From Candidatus Thorarchaeota archaeon (lineage in GTDB: Archaea > Asgardarchaeota > Thorarchaeia > Thorarchaeales > Thorarchaeaceae), in assembly GCA_016839445.1 (NCBI GenBank), contig JAEOUG010000027.1, forward strand, positions 1 to 64,000: DNA of 64,000 bases. Reading direction: 5' to 3'. The position numbers and the translations under genes were made by a program. The notes beneath the pieces were generated by a model that was given only the letters and a program-made list of their open reading frames with translations, ran no database searches and was not told the origin of the DNA. Within the stretch, counting starts at the first letter, position 1. Every line of letters starts with the position of its first letter. This document shows positions 28,132 to 36,235 of this stretch, piece after piece.

Positions 28132-31100
28132 ATGTTACTTCTGGGGAAGAACCAGGGCAGAGTTCTAGCCCTTCTTCTTGGGTGCCTGATGATGTTGGCG
28201 CCGGTTGCTGGACTGATTGGTTTGAGCTTCTCGCCGGAATCTGAAGGTATTACGAACGCAATTCCAGAGAGGGAGATGCCAACCCTAGCTCTGGATGACC
28301 CGCCATTGCGGATGACAGCATCCTTGGCTTATGATTCGGAATCAGACAGAATCATATTTTTCGGAGGGACAGTGCAGAATCTCGATGTCGGTCTCACTGA
28401 CACCTGGAGCTACGATTATGGCACGAATACCTGGACAAACATGTCCCCCGCAAGCAACCCGCCAGCATGTGAGTTTTACTCCATTGCGTATCACTCTGGT
28501 GAAGACAAAGTGGTCCTCTTCGGAGGCCATGTCAGTGGCACCTCCGGGAATTGGCTGAACCACAACGAAACATGGGTTTACGACTATAACACAAACACGT
28601 GGACCGATATGGACCCGGTCTTGGCTCCCCCGGCTATGTCAGGCGGAGCAATGGACTATGACAGCGAGTCAGATCTCATTGTACTGCATGGAGGCTGGCC
28701 AGATGGAGGCGTTACGGAAGTCCTGTCCGAGACTTGGACGTATGACCTGACAACTAACACCTGGACGAATGTTACGACCTCCAACGAACCGTCGCCGCGT
28801 ACGTGGGGTGCGATGGCTTACGACAGCGGCTCAGATCTCATGGTGTTCTTTGGGGGATTCCAGTATCAGCCAGAGTGGCTCACTCTGGACGACACCTGGA
28901 CCTTCGACACCGACACAAACACATGGACTGAGATTGACACAGTAGGTCCTGAGATTGTAGGAGAACTAGTGTATCACACCGCATCTGACAAGATCATCTT
29001 CTACGGTGGCGCTGCCGATGTAAGTGAACTCATCGAAGACCTTCGTTCTGAAACCTGGGTCTACGACACAGACACTGAAGCCTGGGAGAAGATGACTCTC
29101 GATGTAGCGCCACCCGTTAGGGCTCGAGGTGAGTTGGCATATGACATCGAATCCAACAGAGTGATTCTCTTTTCGGGGGTGTGGGACGGAGGATGGGAAA
29201 CAGAAGTTGTCCTCGGTGACTGCTGGTCCTACGACCTGGGAAACAACCTTTGGAACAATGTGGACTGGGACTGGCAAGAGGTAACGCCTGCCGAGTCTCC
29301 GGGATTGAGGTGTGGTTCACCGCTTGTATATGACATCGAATCAGACCGAATGGTGATCTTCAGCGGATGGCCGAATCTTCACGCAGACGGAGCCAGATAC
29401 AACGACACATGGACCTACGATGTCAACACCAACACTTGGACCAACATGTCACCTGAAGTTTTGCCAACTGGACGTGGAGGCCACGCCATGGCCTATCATG
29501 AAGCTGAGGATGTCATGGTTATGTTCGGCGGATCCATCGGTTACCAGGTAGACGATGAGAAGTACGTAGCCGACACGTGGACCTATGATTTGAACTCGAA
29601 CACCTGGACGAACATGTCGCCTGCAAGTAGTCCAACTCGGCGCACCTTCACTACTATGGCCTACGACAATGATTCGGAAATCATCGTCCTGTTTGGAGGG
29701 TTCATGACAGACCATGGAGCGAGTCATGAAACGTGGGAGTACAACCTCACGGCGAATATTTGGACCAACACCACTACATCTACGCACCCCGATAAGAGAT
29801 TCTTCGGAAGCCTCTTCTATGATTACACAGACAATCGAATGCTTCTTGCTGGCGGTGTGAGCTGGGAGGGAATGCTGTACGACATATGGGAGTACGACGT
29901 AACGACTCACACTTGGTCGGAGATTGTCCCTGCGAATGACCCTCCAACCTTTGCCTTTGTGGCGACATACGACCTAGAATCAGAACTGGTCATTGCCTAT
30001 GGTGGTCCAACGAACATGGAAGAAGACATCTTCGTTGAGGAAACATGGAGTTTCAACTTCACGTCGAACACATGGAACAACACATTCTCACCAAACAGCC
30101 CGAGTGGGCGCAGTAGACACTTCCTCGCGTATGACATTGAGTCTGATCTGACCGTGCTCTACGGCGGAGCACTTCCTGATGGGAGTGAGGGAGAAGCACT
30201 CGGAGACACCCGGATATACGACTACAGGGTCAATGAAGTAGTCCTGAAACCTCCGCCCCCGGAGGGGCTCGCAGTGACACAGGGCACGAATAGCCTCGCG
30301 CTGTCGTGGACCCCGCCGTCCGGCGCGGAGGGCTTTGAGATCACTGGGTACAGAATCTACAGAGGTGACGAGGTCGGTGAGTATGAAGTCATTGCCGAAG
30401 TCGGATCCGTCACAACATACACAGACTTGACGACAGGGTTCGATATCACGTACTACTACGTTGTCACAACACTGGCTTCGACAGGAGAATCTGAGTTCTC
30501 CGACCCTGACGAGGGTTCGCTCTCCTTTTCGCTATATGATGATGGCATCTACACGTTCATCGCATATGGAGACACGAGAGCCAGTGACGAGACCGCCGTG
30601 GCCGCTATCCATGATGACTTGGTCAGCAGATACATTCAGCTCTCTGACCCAGAAATGGTGATACACAGTGGCGACATGGTCCTTGCGGGCGGAGAGGAGT
30701 ATCAGTGGACGCTCTTCGATGCCTCGATTCAGGCGTTGTGGGATTGGGATCCCGACCTCGAGTTCTTTGGTGCTGCGGGGAACCACGAGTTGTATACAGA
30801 CGTCTATGGAGTGAATGACGAGGACCTCAGCACCTATCAGAACTTCTTTGATTTCTCATCTGTCGTCGATGAACCTGGCGAAACTGAGCTATACTACTCC
30901 TTTGACCGACATGGAGTCCACTTCATCATATTGAACACAGTCATGGACTGGGACGATGACGCATACACCTGTCCCACAGCACAGATGGAGTGGCTCGAGG
31001 CAGACCTAGCCAAAGGCAGTGAGGTGATTGTGGTCGTCACTCACTACCCACCGTTCTCTGTCCTCGAGAACAGGCCGGACAGGCTTGATCAGGCAGAGAG

Positions 31101-31494
31101 CATAAGGGACACCTTCCATGACCTCTTCGTAGAGCATGGAGTGGACCTTGTCTTCACCGGACACAACCACTACTACTATCACACATCCTTGGACGGAATC
31201 CAATACGTCACCTCAGCAGGGGGAGGCGCACCTCTCTACAGCATCCAGAAGTCAGGCACAGACTGGAAAGCCGGCGACGTTGGTTTCAGCGAGTACCACT
31301 ACTGTGAATGTAAAATCAACCCTGCAATAGGCAGGCTGACTATCAATGTGGTTCTCATGAACGGGTCTATCGCCGAGTCGTTCTATCTGACCATTCCATC
31401 AGCCGGTTTCCCAATCGGTCTCACCCTCGTAGTTGTCGGAGGTGCTGTAGCTGCTGTCCTCGTTGTGATGGTAGTCTACAAACGGAGGAGATAG
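28132..31494 (+). CDS. Cell-surface Kelch-repeat (two propellers) + FN3 + metallophosphoesterase protein with a C-terminal TM
   Basis: About 12 repeats of AYDxESDxxxxFGG...TWxYDxxTNTW; FN3 LSWTPP..YRIYR; GD, GDMV, GNHE, GHNH; terminal TM then KRRR. Confidence 0.9.
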   Translation: MLLLGKNQGRVLALLLGCLMMLAPVAGLIGLSFSPESEGITNAIPEREMPTLALDDPPLRMTASLAYDSESDRIIFFGGTVQNLDVGLTDTWSYDYGTNTWTNMSPASNPPACEFYSIAYHSGEDKVVLFGGHVSGTSGNWLNHNETWVYDYNTNTWTDMDPVLAPPAMSGGAMDYDSESDLIVLHGGWPDGGVTEVLSETWTYDLTTNTWTNVTTSNEPSPRTWGAMAYDSGSDLMVFFGGFQYQPEWLTLDDTWTFDTDTNTWTEIDTVGPEIVGELVYHTASDKIIFYGGAADVSELIEDLRSETWVYDTDTEAWEKMTLDVAPPVRARGELAYDIESNRVILFSGVWDGGWETEVVLGDCWSYDLGNNLWNNVDWDWQEVTPAESPGLRCGSPLVYDIESDRMVIFSGWPNLHADGARYNDTWTYDVNTNTWTNMSPEVLPTGRGGHAMAYHEAEDVMVMFGGSIGYQVDDEKYVADTWTYDLNSNTWTNMSPASSPTRRTFTTMAYDNDSEIIVLFGGFMTDHGASHETWEYNLTANIWTNTTTSTHPDKRFFGSLFYDYTDNRMLLAGGVSWEGMLYDIWEYDVTTHTWSEIVPANDPPTFAFVATYDLESELVIAYGGPTNMEEDIFVEETWSFNFTSNTWNNTFSPNSPSGRSRHFLAYDIESDLTVLYGGALPDGSEGEALGDTRIYDYRVNEVVLKPPPPEGLAVTQGTNSLALSWTPPSGAEGFEITGYRIYRGDEVGEYEVIAEVGSVTTYTDLTTGFDITYYYVVTTLASTGESEFSDPDEGSLSFSLYDDGIYTFIAYGDTRASDETAVAAIHDDLVSRYIQLSDPEMVIHSGDMVLAGGEEYQWTLFDASIQALWDWDPDLEFFGAAGNHELYTDVYGVNDEDLSTYQNFFDFSSVVDEPGETELYYSFDRHGVHFIILNTVMDWDDDAYTCPTAQMEWLEADLAKGSEVIVVVTHYPPFSVLENRPDRLDQAESIRDTFHDLFVEHGVDLVFTGHNHYYYHTSLDGIQYVTSAGGGAPLYSIQKSGTDWKAGDVGFSEYHYCECKINPAIGRLTINVVLMNGSIAESFYLTIPSAGFPIGLTLVVVGGAVAAVLVVMVVYKRRR

Positions 31495-31512
31495 TGCAGA
31501 ACGCAGCGCGAA

Positions 31513-31854
31513 TCACTTCGGAGGTAAGTGCGAGGCATAGGTGACGGACAACGACAAGAGCCGACGCCGAACGTCTGCCTGAGAAAAGACTGAGTCAGGG
31601 ACAGTGATGTACTCCCTCATCGCTCGTCCCTCCTTCGGTTCGAACTGGGAGACCTCGTCAAACTCAGTGAAGACTCCCTCCTGATCCTCTGCAGGCAACC
31701 TCAGGAAGACTGTGTCCTCGAAGACACCAGCAAACATTTGGCCGTTAATGAAAAGCGCGTACTGTCCGAACATCTTCCGGCGCTCGAACTTGACACCCTT
31801 GAGCGACTCCTCAAGGAGATCCAGTAGATCCTGCGAGGGTTTGCTCCACTTCAT
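31513..31854 (-). CDS. TfoX/Sxy N-terminal domain protein
   Basis: RKMFG..LFINGQMFAG...F.P.GR.MREY. Confidence 0.85.
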   Translation of the reverse strand: MKWSKPSQDLLDLLEESLKGVKFERRKMFGQYALFINGQMFAGVFEDTVFLRLPAEDQEGVFTEFDEVSQFEPKEGRAMREYITVPDSVFSQADVRRRLLSLSVTYASHLPPK

Positions 31855-31923
31855 GAATTAGAAGGGGCCCGTGATTCTGATAAGAGTTGCACTCGGGCAA
31901 ACACACACTATAGGGGAGCCGAA

Positions 31924-32907
31924 TCACCGAAGCAAGTCCCCGTCGAACCCCTCCTCAACTGTGATGCCTTCGTCGTTGAGAAAATCCATAAGACGGTCGT
32001 AAGCAGGGGTCTGGACTTCTGACTCGACCAGCAGCTCCTGGAATTCGGTCGCCAGATGTTGCATTTCAGCCCTAGCAACTCCTGCGTGGCCACCAAGACT
32101 GATCTCACTCTCGCGAGTGCACATCATCTTTTCGAACATTCTCTTCAAGTACCAACTGGGCATCCTCGCAAGGAGACCGAATTTCCTCGGCTCAATGCGT
32201 ATTCTCAGATTCCTCATGGCCTGGATTGTTTCCTTGAGGGCACGTATCGTAAGCTTGAGCAGGGCCGGTGTCCTCGCTAGTCTACAGGTGTCCGTGTTTG
32301 CTCCATATACCCCTCCAGCAAGTGGCAAGATGAGCGCAAGGTGGCATTTCAGCCAGCCATCGATGCTATTGGGGTGTATCACTTGGAATTCAGAGTGCTC
32401 AAGGAAAGCGGTCACCTCCTCCAAACGTGGACGGGCCCCATCAGTCAGTGCTCCAATCCATACCGGTGGTACTGCAGCCTTGCCGATTCGGATGTGATCT
32501 TTCTCACGGTATCCAGAAACACCAAAGAAACCGAGAAGCATCTGATCAGCGTTGATGTGCATCTCGTAGTCGCGGATACCCGTCCCGTTGTTCCCAAGAA
32601 AGACGACTGTCGCGTCACCGATTGATTTTCCGAGTATCTCAGAGAATGCCTTCGCCTGCTGCTTCTGCATGATTACGATATAGAGATCGTAGCCCTCAAT
32701 TGACGATGAGTCAGCAACCATCTGTACATGATGGATCCGTATCTCGTCAGACGGATGAACAGCGATGCGTGCGCCGTTTCGTATGTAGTCTTCTAGCCTT
32801 GCCCCACGAGCTAGGAGCGATACTTCTACTCCCCTCTCGTGAAGGTGACTCGCACAGTAGCTGCCTTGGATACCTGCGCCACAAACCAACACTCTCATTT
32901 GTATCAC
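31924..32907 (-). CDS. Ketopantoate reductase family (PanE/ApbA)
   Basis: GAGIQGS Rossmann motif; LARGAR; WLKCH. Confidence 0.85.
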   Translation of the reverse strand: MIQMRVLVCGAGIQGSYCASHLHERGVEVSLLARGARLEDYIRNGARIAVHPSDEIRIHHVQMVADSSSIEGYDLYIVIMQKQQAKAFSEILGKSIGDATVVFLGNNGTGIRDYEMHINADQMLLGFFGVSGYREKDHIRIGKAAVPPVWIGALTDGARPRLEEVTAFLEHSEFQVIHPNSIDGWLKCHLALILPLAGGVYGANTDTCRLARTPALLKLTIRALKETIQAMRNLRIRIEPRKFGLLARMPSWYLKRMFEKMMCTRESEISLGGHAGVARAEMQHLATEFQELLVESEVQTPAYDRLMDFLNDEGITVEEGFDGDLLR

Positions 32908-32915
32908 CCACGGAA

Positions 32916-32954
32916 AAGTTAGATGAATCTAAATAAGTTAGATGAGTCTAACTT
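32916..32954. promoter_or_regulatory. Tandem palindromic operator
   Basis: AAGTTAGA-TGAA-TCTAAATA and the perfect AAGTTAGA-TGAG-TCTAACTT, 19 nt apart, directly upstream of the panE-like start. Confidence 0.7.
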
Positions 32955-32957
32955 GAT

Positions 32958-33617
32958 TTAGGCTTTTGGGTCACTCAGAACGCTAAGGAGATACTCCCAA
33001 GTGTGTGTCTTCATGCCCACTTCCCTGAATCGTGCTAGATCATCAGTAGTGTCAAGGTCAAGGAATGTGTCCGGGGAGGCCCACTCCCTGAACTGAAGTC
33101 CCCTCGAGTATGAAGCCTCCTGGTGCCGGGAGAAACTGCCGGGCCCAAAGGACGGATCTATCACATCGGAAGGTACTCGAAGGAGAAGATTCGTGCCACC
33201 ATTCCTGGACCGCGCGGCTACGACAACCTTTCCTCCGGATTCCTCAGCAGCCTCGATCACACCGGAGATCGATGACTCTCTGAGAAGGGGCACATCGACT
33301 GGCAGAATCAGGACTGAGTGTGAATCATGTCGCTCAATCAGTGTTCTTGTAGCCAGCATAAGTGCGGCATTGAGCCCAGCAGGACTCTTTTCAAGAATGG
33401 TTTCAAGGCCTATCGAGGAAGCGAATCCCAGGACCTGTGGATCAGGCGAAACCACAGTTGCGGTCTCGACAGCGTCATGACTAAGAAGCACAGTCGAAAC
33501 GTCATGTAGCATGCTAAGCACAAGCTGGGATATCTGGGACCGCAAGAGAGTGGACTCCAAACGCGACTTGGCAACCTTCAGTGAGGCCACTGGAATAATA
33601 GCATGGGTCTCTAGCAT
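32958..33617 (-). CDS. cofC: 2-phospho-L-lactate/PEP guanylyltransferase
   Basis: IIPV..AKSRL, DVPLL, GGTNLL, DLDTTDDL; adjacent to cofD. Confidence 0.9.
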   Translation of the reverse strand: MLETHAIIPVASLKVAKSRLESTLLRSQISQLVLSMLHDVSTVLLSHDAVETATVVSPDPQVLGFASSIGLETILEKSPAGLNAALMLATRTLIERHDSHSVLILPVDVPLLRESSISGVIEAAEESGGKVVVAARSRNGGTNLLLRVPSDVIDPSFGPGSFSRHQEASYSRGLQFREWASPDTFLDLDTTDDLARFREVGMKTHTWEYLLSVLSDPKA

Positions 33618-33625
33618 GGCTCTGC

Positions 33626-34576
33626 TTACCTACCATGGATTGAGAGGACAATCCTCGCAAGATCCATCTTGTCCTCCAAAGTCTTCATTATCGTATTAGT
33701 AACAACTGTCTTCAGACCTAGACCTTCAATCTGAGCTTCGAGGGCCCTGTCCTGAGCGTCCAGGACATAGTGCGACAGGAACCGCCTGTAGTGGTGTGCT
33801 ACTCCAAATGCAGTAGCCTCAAGGCCCAGGGATTTCATGAACTTGACCGTAGGACCCTTGATGGCCTCTCCCCCAACTAGGGGTGAAACCGCCACAACAG
33901 GGCACTTCACGTCCTCAAGGGCACTGGCAATTTGCTTCACACTCAATATTGGACCAATTGAGGCGATGGGATTACTGGGGCATACGACTACGAGGTCGGC
34001 AGAGGAAATCGCGTCCAATACGCCGTCGGCAGGACTGGCGGTATCTGCTCCAACGTACATGACTTCCTTGATTTCAGCTTCACATCTCATCCGCACAAAG
34101 AACTCCTCGAAATGTACCAGAGAACCGGTTCCCAATCTCACATGGGTGCGGACTGAGTCATCAGTCATGGGTATGAGCTGAACATCGTTAAGCCCAACGT
34201 ACTCACAGAGCTCTGAGGTCACCTCAGAGAGCTTCTTGCCCTCCCTCAGACGGCTCGTTCTCAGGACATGCGTGGCTAGGTCCTGATCTCCAAGACTGAA
34301 CCACCTGTCCTGCCTGTAGAATCTGCCCAGTGCCTCTAGGAACCTGAACGTGTCATCTGCGATGCCCCAGCCCTTCTCAGTGTCTACCAGTCCAGCAAGG
34401 GTATACATCACTATGTCTACATCAGGTGATATGTGCAGGCCAAAGAGGTCTATGTCATCCCCCGTGTTGCACACGACAGTGAGTTCATGGTCGCCAAGAA
34501 CCCTGTGTAGTCCTAGGGCAAGCTTTGCGCCGCCAATGCCTCCACAGAGTGCAACAACCTTCACCTCTGCAATCAC
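33626..34576 (-). CDS. cofD: 2-phospho-L-lactate transferase
   Basis: GGIGGAKL, NTGDD, SPDVD, LGDQDLATH, CPSNP. Confidence 0.95.
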   Translation of the reverse strand: MIAEVKVVALCGGIGGAKLALGLHRVLGDHELTVVCNTGDDIDLFGLHISPDVDIVMYTLAGLVDTEKGWGIADDTFRFLEALGRFYRQDRWFSLGDQDLATHVLRTSRLREGKKLSEVTSELCEYVGLNDVQLIPMTDDSVRTHVRLGTGSLVHFEEFFVRMRCEAEIKEVMYVGADTASPADGVLDAISSADLVVVCPSNPIASIGPILSVKQIASALEDVKCPVVAVSPLVGGEAIKGPTVKFMKSLGLEATAFGVAHHYRRFLSHYVLDAQDRALEAQIEGLGLKTVVTNTIMKTLEDKMDLARIVLSIHGR

Positions 34577-34600
34577 CCTGTACTCAGCAGCATGGCTCTC

Positions 34601-35212
34601 TTATAACATCTGCACAATCTCTTCGAGCGGTTTCCTTTGTGGCATCTCAGGAGGGACTGATGTGTGGCCCAACAGAATGAAGGCCTGTGGTTCAACATCA
34701 TCCCCAAGCTCTAGAGTCTCAACAATGGCCCTCTTAGTGAACAGGGGCGCACAGAGCCAGCACGATGCTAGGCCCTCTGCACAGGCAGCCAGTAGAGCAT
34801 TCTGAATCGCCGCCGCAGTACTTTGAACTGCCATTGTGTGTTCGTGGAGATTGCGTTCATCATCACTGTACTTCCACATGTCCTTCATTGTCAACGCGGC
34901 AAGAATCAGAACTGGAGCCGACATCAGTAGCTTCCGAGAACGAGAGACCGTTTCCTCTGCCGGTTCCTGAGCCCCACCGTCGTCAAGCAGGTCTCGAAGA
35001 TACTCCTCTGACATCCTGTTCACCATCTGCGTCCTCACATCACCCTTCGGTATTACGAAGAACCTGGCAGGCTGCGAGTTGTGAGCCGAAGGTGCCAGCG
35101 TCGCGACCTCCAGAACCTTCCTTATGGACGCAAGGTCAACCGGTTTCTCCTCAAAGACCCTTACGCTACGCCGTGATGACACTACATCATAGAAATCGCG
35201 CATCATAGTCAC
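34601..35212 (-). CDS. Nitroreductase-fold protein, FbiB C-terminal/FbiE-like (dehydro-F420 reductase candidate)
   Basis: RRSVR, APSAHNSQP, MAVQS..AIQN.LLA..AEGL.SCW.CAPLF; directly upstream of cofD. Confidence 0.75.
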   Translation of the reverse strand: MTMMRDFYDVVSSRRSVRVFEEKPVDLASIRKVLEVATLAPSAHNSQPARFFVIPKGDVRTQMVNRMSEEYLRDLLDDGGAQEPAEETVSRSRKLLMSAPVLILAALTMKDMWKYSDDERNLHEHTMAVQSTAAAIQNALLAACAEGLASCWLCAPLFTKRAIVETLELGDDVEPQAFILLGHTSVPPEMPQRKPLEEIVQML

Positions 35213-35230
35213 TTCTCCTGCTGGATACTG

Positions 35231-36067
35231 CTAGAGCTTCTGACAGCTGGGGCAGTAGTATATCGCACCGCCCAGATAGCTCTCCTTCACTATCTTTGTG
35301 TTGCAGACATCACAGGGTGTTCCTGCGGTCTTGCTGTGTAGTGCTCTCCGGTAACCTCCAGATGCACCATACAGATCCACTTCACAGTCACGTCCGCCGA
35401 GATCAATCATCTTCTGTAGCTCGCGACAAGACACCTCGTAGAGCTTCTTAATCTGAGTTTCAGAGAGTTCTGACATCTCCTGCTTGGGATGGATACCTGA
35501 GTGGTAGAAGATGTCTTGGATGACTCCGTTGCCGACTCCATTCAGTCCCGGCTCGCTGACAAAGAACTTCTTGGCACTGAACTTCTGTCCTTCGGGCAAA
35601 CCCGTGATCAGATCCCTGAAGGCCTCCAGTGTGAAGTCCTTTGAGAGAGGTGTCAGCTTGTCCTTCGAGATGTGGGGGTGCTCTCCGAGGTTCTTCCGCT
35701 CCAGAAGTCTTGTCTCACCCCACCCAGATATGGTGACAGATAGGTAGTCATCATCCTCGAACCTGAGGAGTAGCTGGTGTTTCTTTGGCAGACTAGTCGA
35801 ATCCTTGTGGTAGAGAATCCTCTCTCCTCCACATCCCAAGCTCAGTACATAATCCGGTAAGATCTCAGTCAGGATGATATTCCCGTTAGACCAGCTCTTG
35901 CCTATCTTCCGGCCAGACACGATTCTGCTGAACTCCTTGTCAGAGTGCTTCCCTACAAAGGCGAATTTGTGGGGGCTCTCGTTTCTCACGGCAGTCCGGA
36001 TCGTTTTCCCTTTGAGGGCCTTGTTCATCTGCTCGGCAAACACAACGGCCTCTGGCAGTTCTATCAT
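35231..36067 (-). CDS. Fpg/Nei-family DNA glycosylase-like protein (atypical N-terminus)
   Basis: MIELPE start; H2TH GVGN..QDI; C-terminal CDVC...CPSCQ zinc finger. Confidence 0.85.
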   Translation of the reverse strand: MIELPEAVVFAEQMNKALKGKTIRTAVRNESPHKFAFVGKHSDKEFSRIVSGRKIGKSWSNGNIILTEILPDYVLSLGCGGERILYHKDSTSLPKKHQLLLRFEDDDYLSVTISGWGETRLLERKNLGEHPHISKDKLTPLSKDFTLEAFRDLITGLPEGQKFSAKKFFVSEPGLNGVGNGVIQDIFYHSGIHPKQEMSELSETQIKKLYEVSCRELQKMIDLGGRDCEVDLYGASGGYRRALHSKTAGTPCDVCNTKIVKESYLGGAIYYCPSCQKL

Positions 36068-36187
36068 CTTTCAGCACACTCGTTTCTATATTGCGCCTTT
36101 GAAACAGGTCGACTTCCTGATAAAATCGATGCACCGCTTGAGCAAATGTCGTGTGAAACGAACATGACATCACGGATATGAGCAACA

Positions 36188-36226
36188 TGAAAAAGAGAGG
36201 GAAGAAGCCCGCAAGAACGGGCTTCT
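36188..36226 (-). terminator. Hairpin plus U-tract after the surface protein gene
   Basis: AGAAGCCCG-6nt-CGGGCTTCT (36203-36226), then CTCTCTTTTT on the minus strand. Confidence 0.65.
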
Positions 36227-36235
36227 CGTCTATTT

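Noticed and set aside
28300-30230. Recurring ACCTGG/TACGAC motifs that could suggest a nucleotide repeat array or CRISPR
   Set aside because: Explained by Kelch protein repeats (TWxYD); no identical repeats with unique spacers
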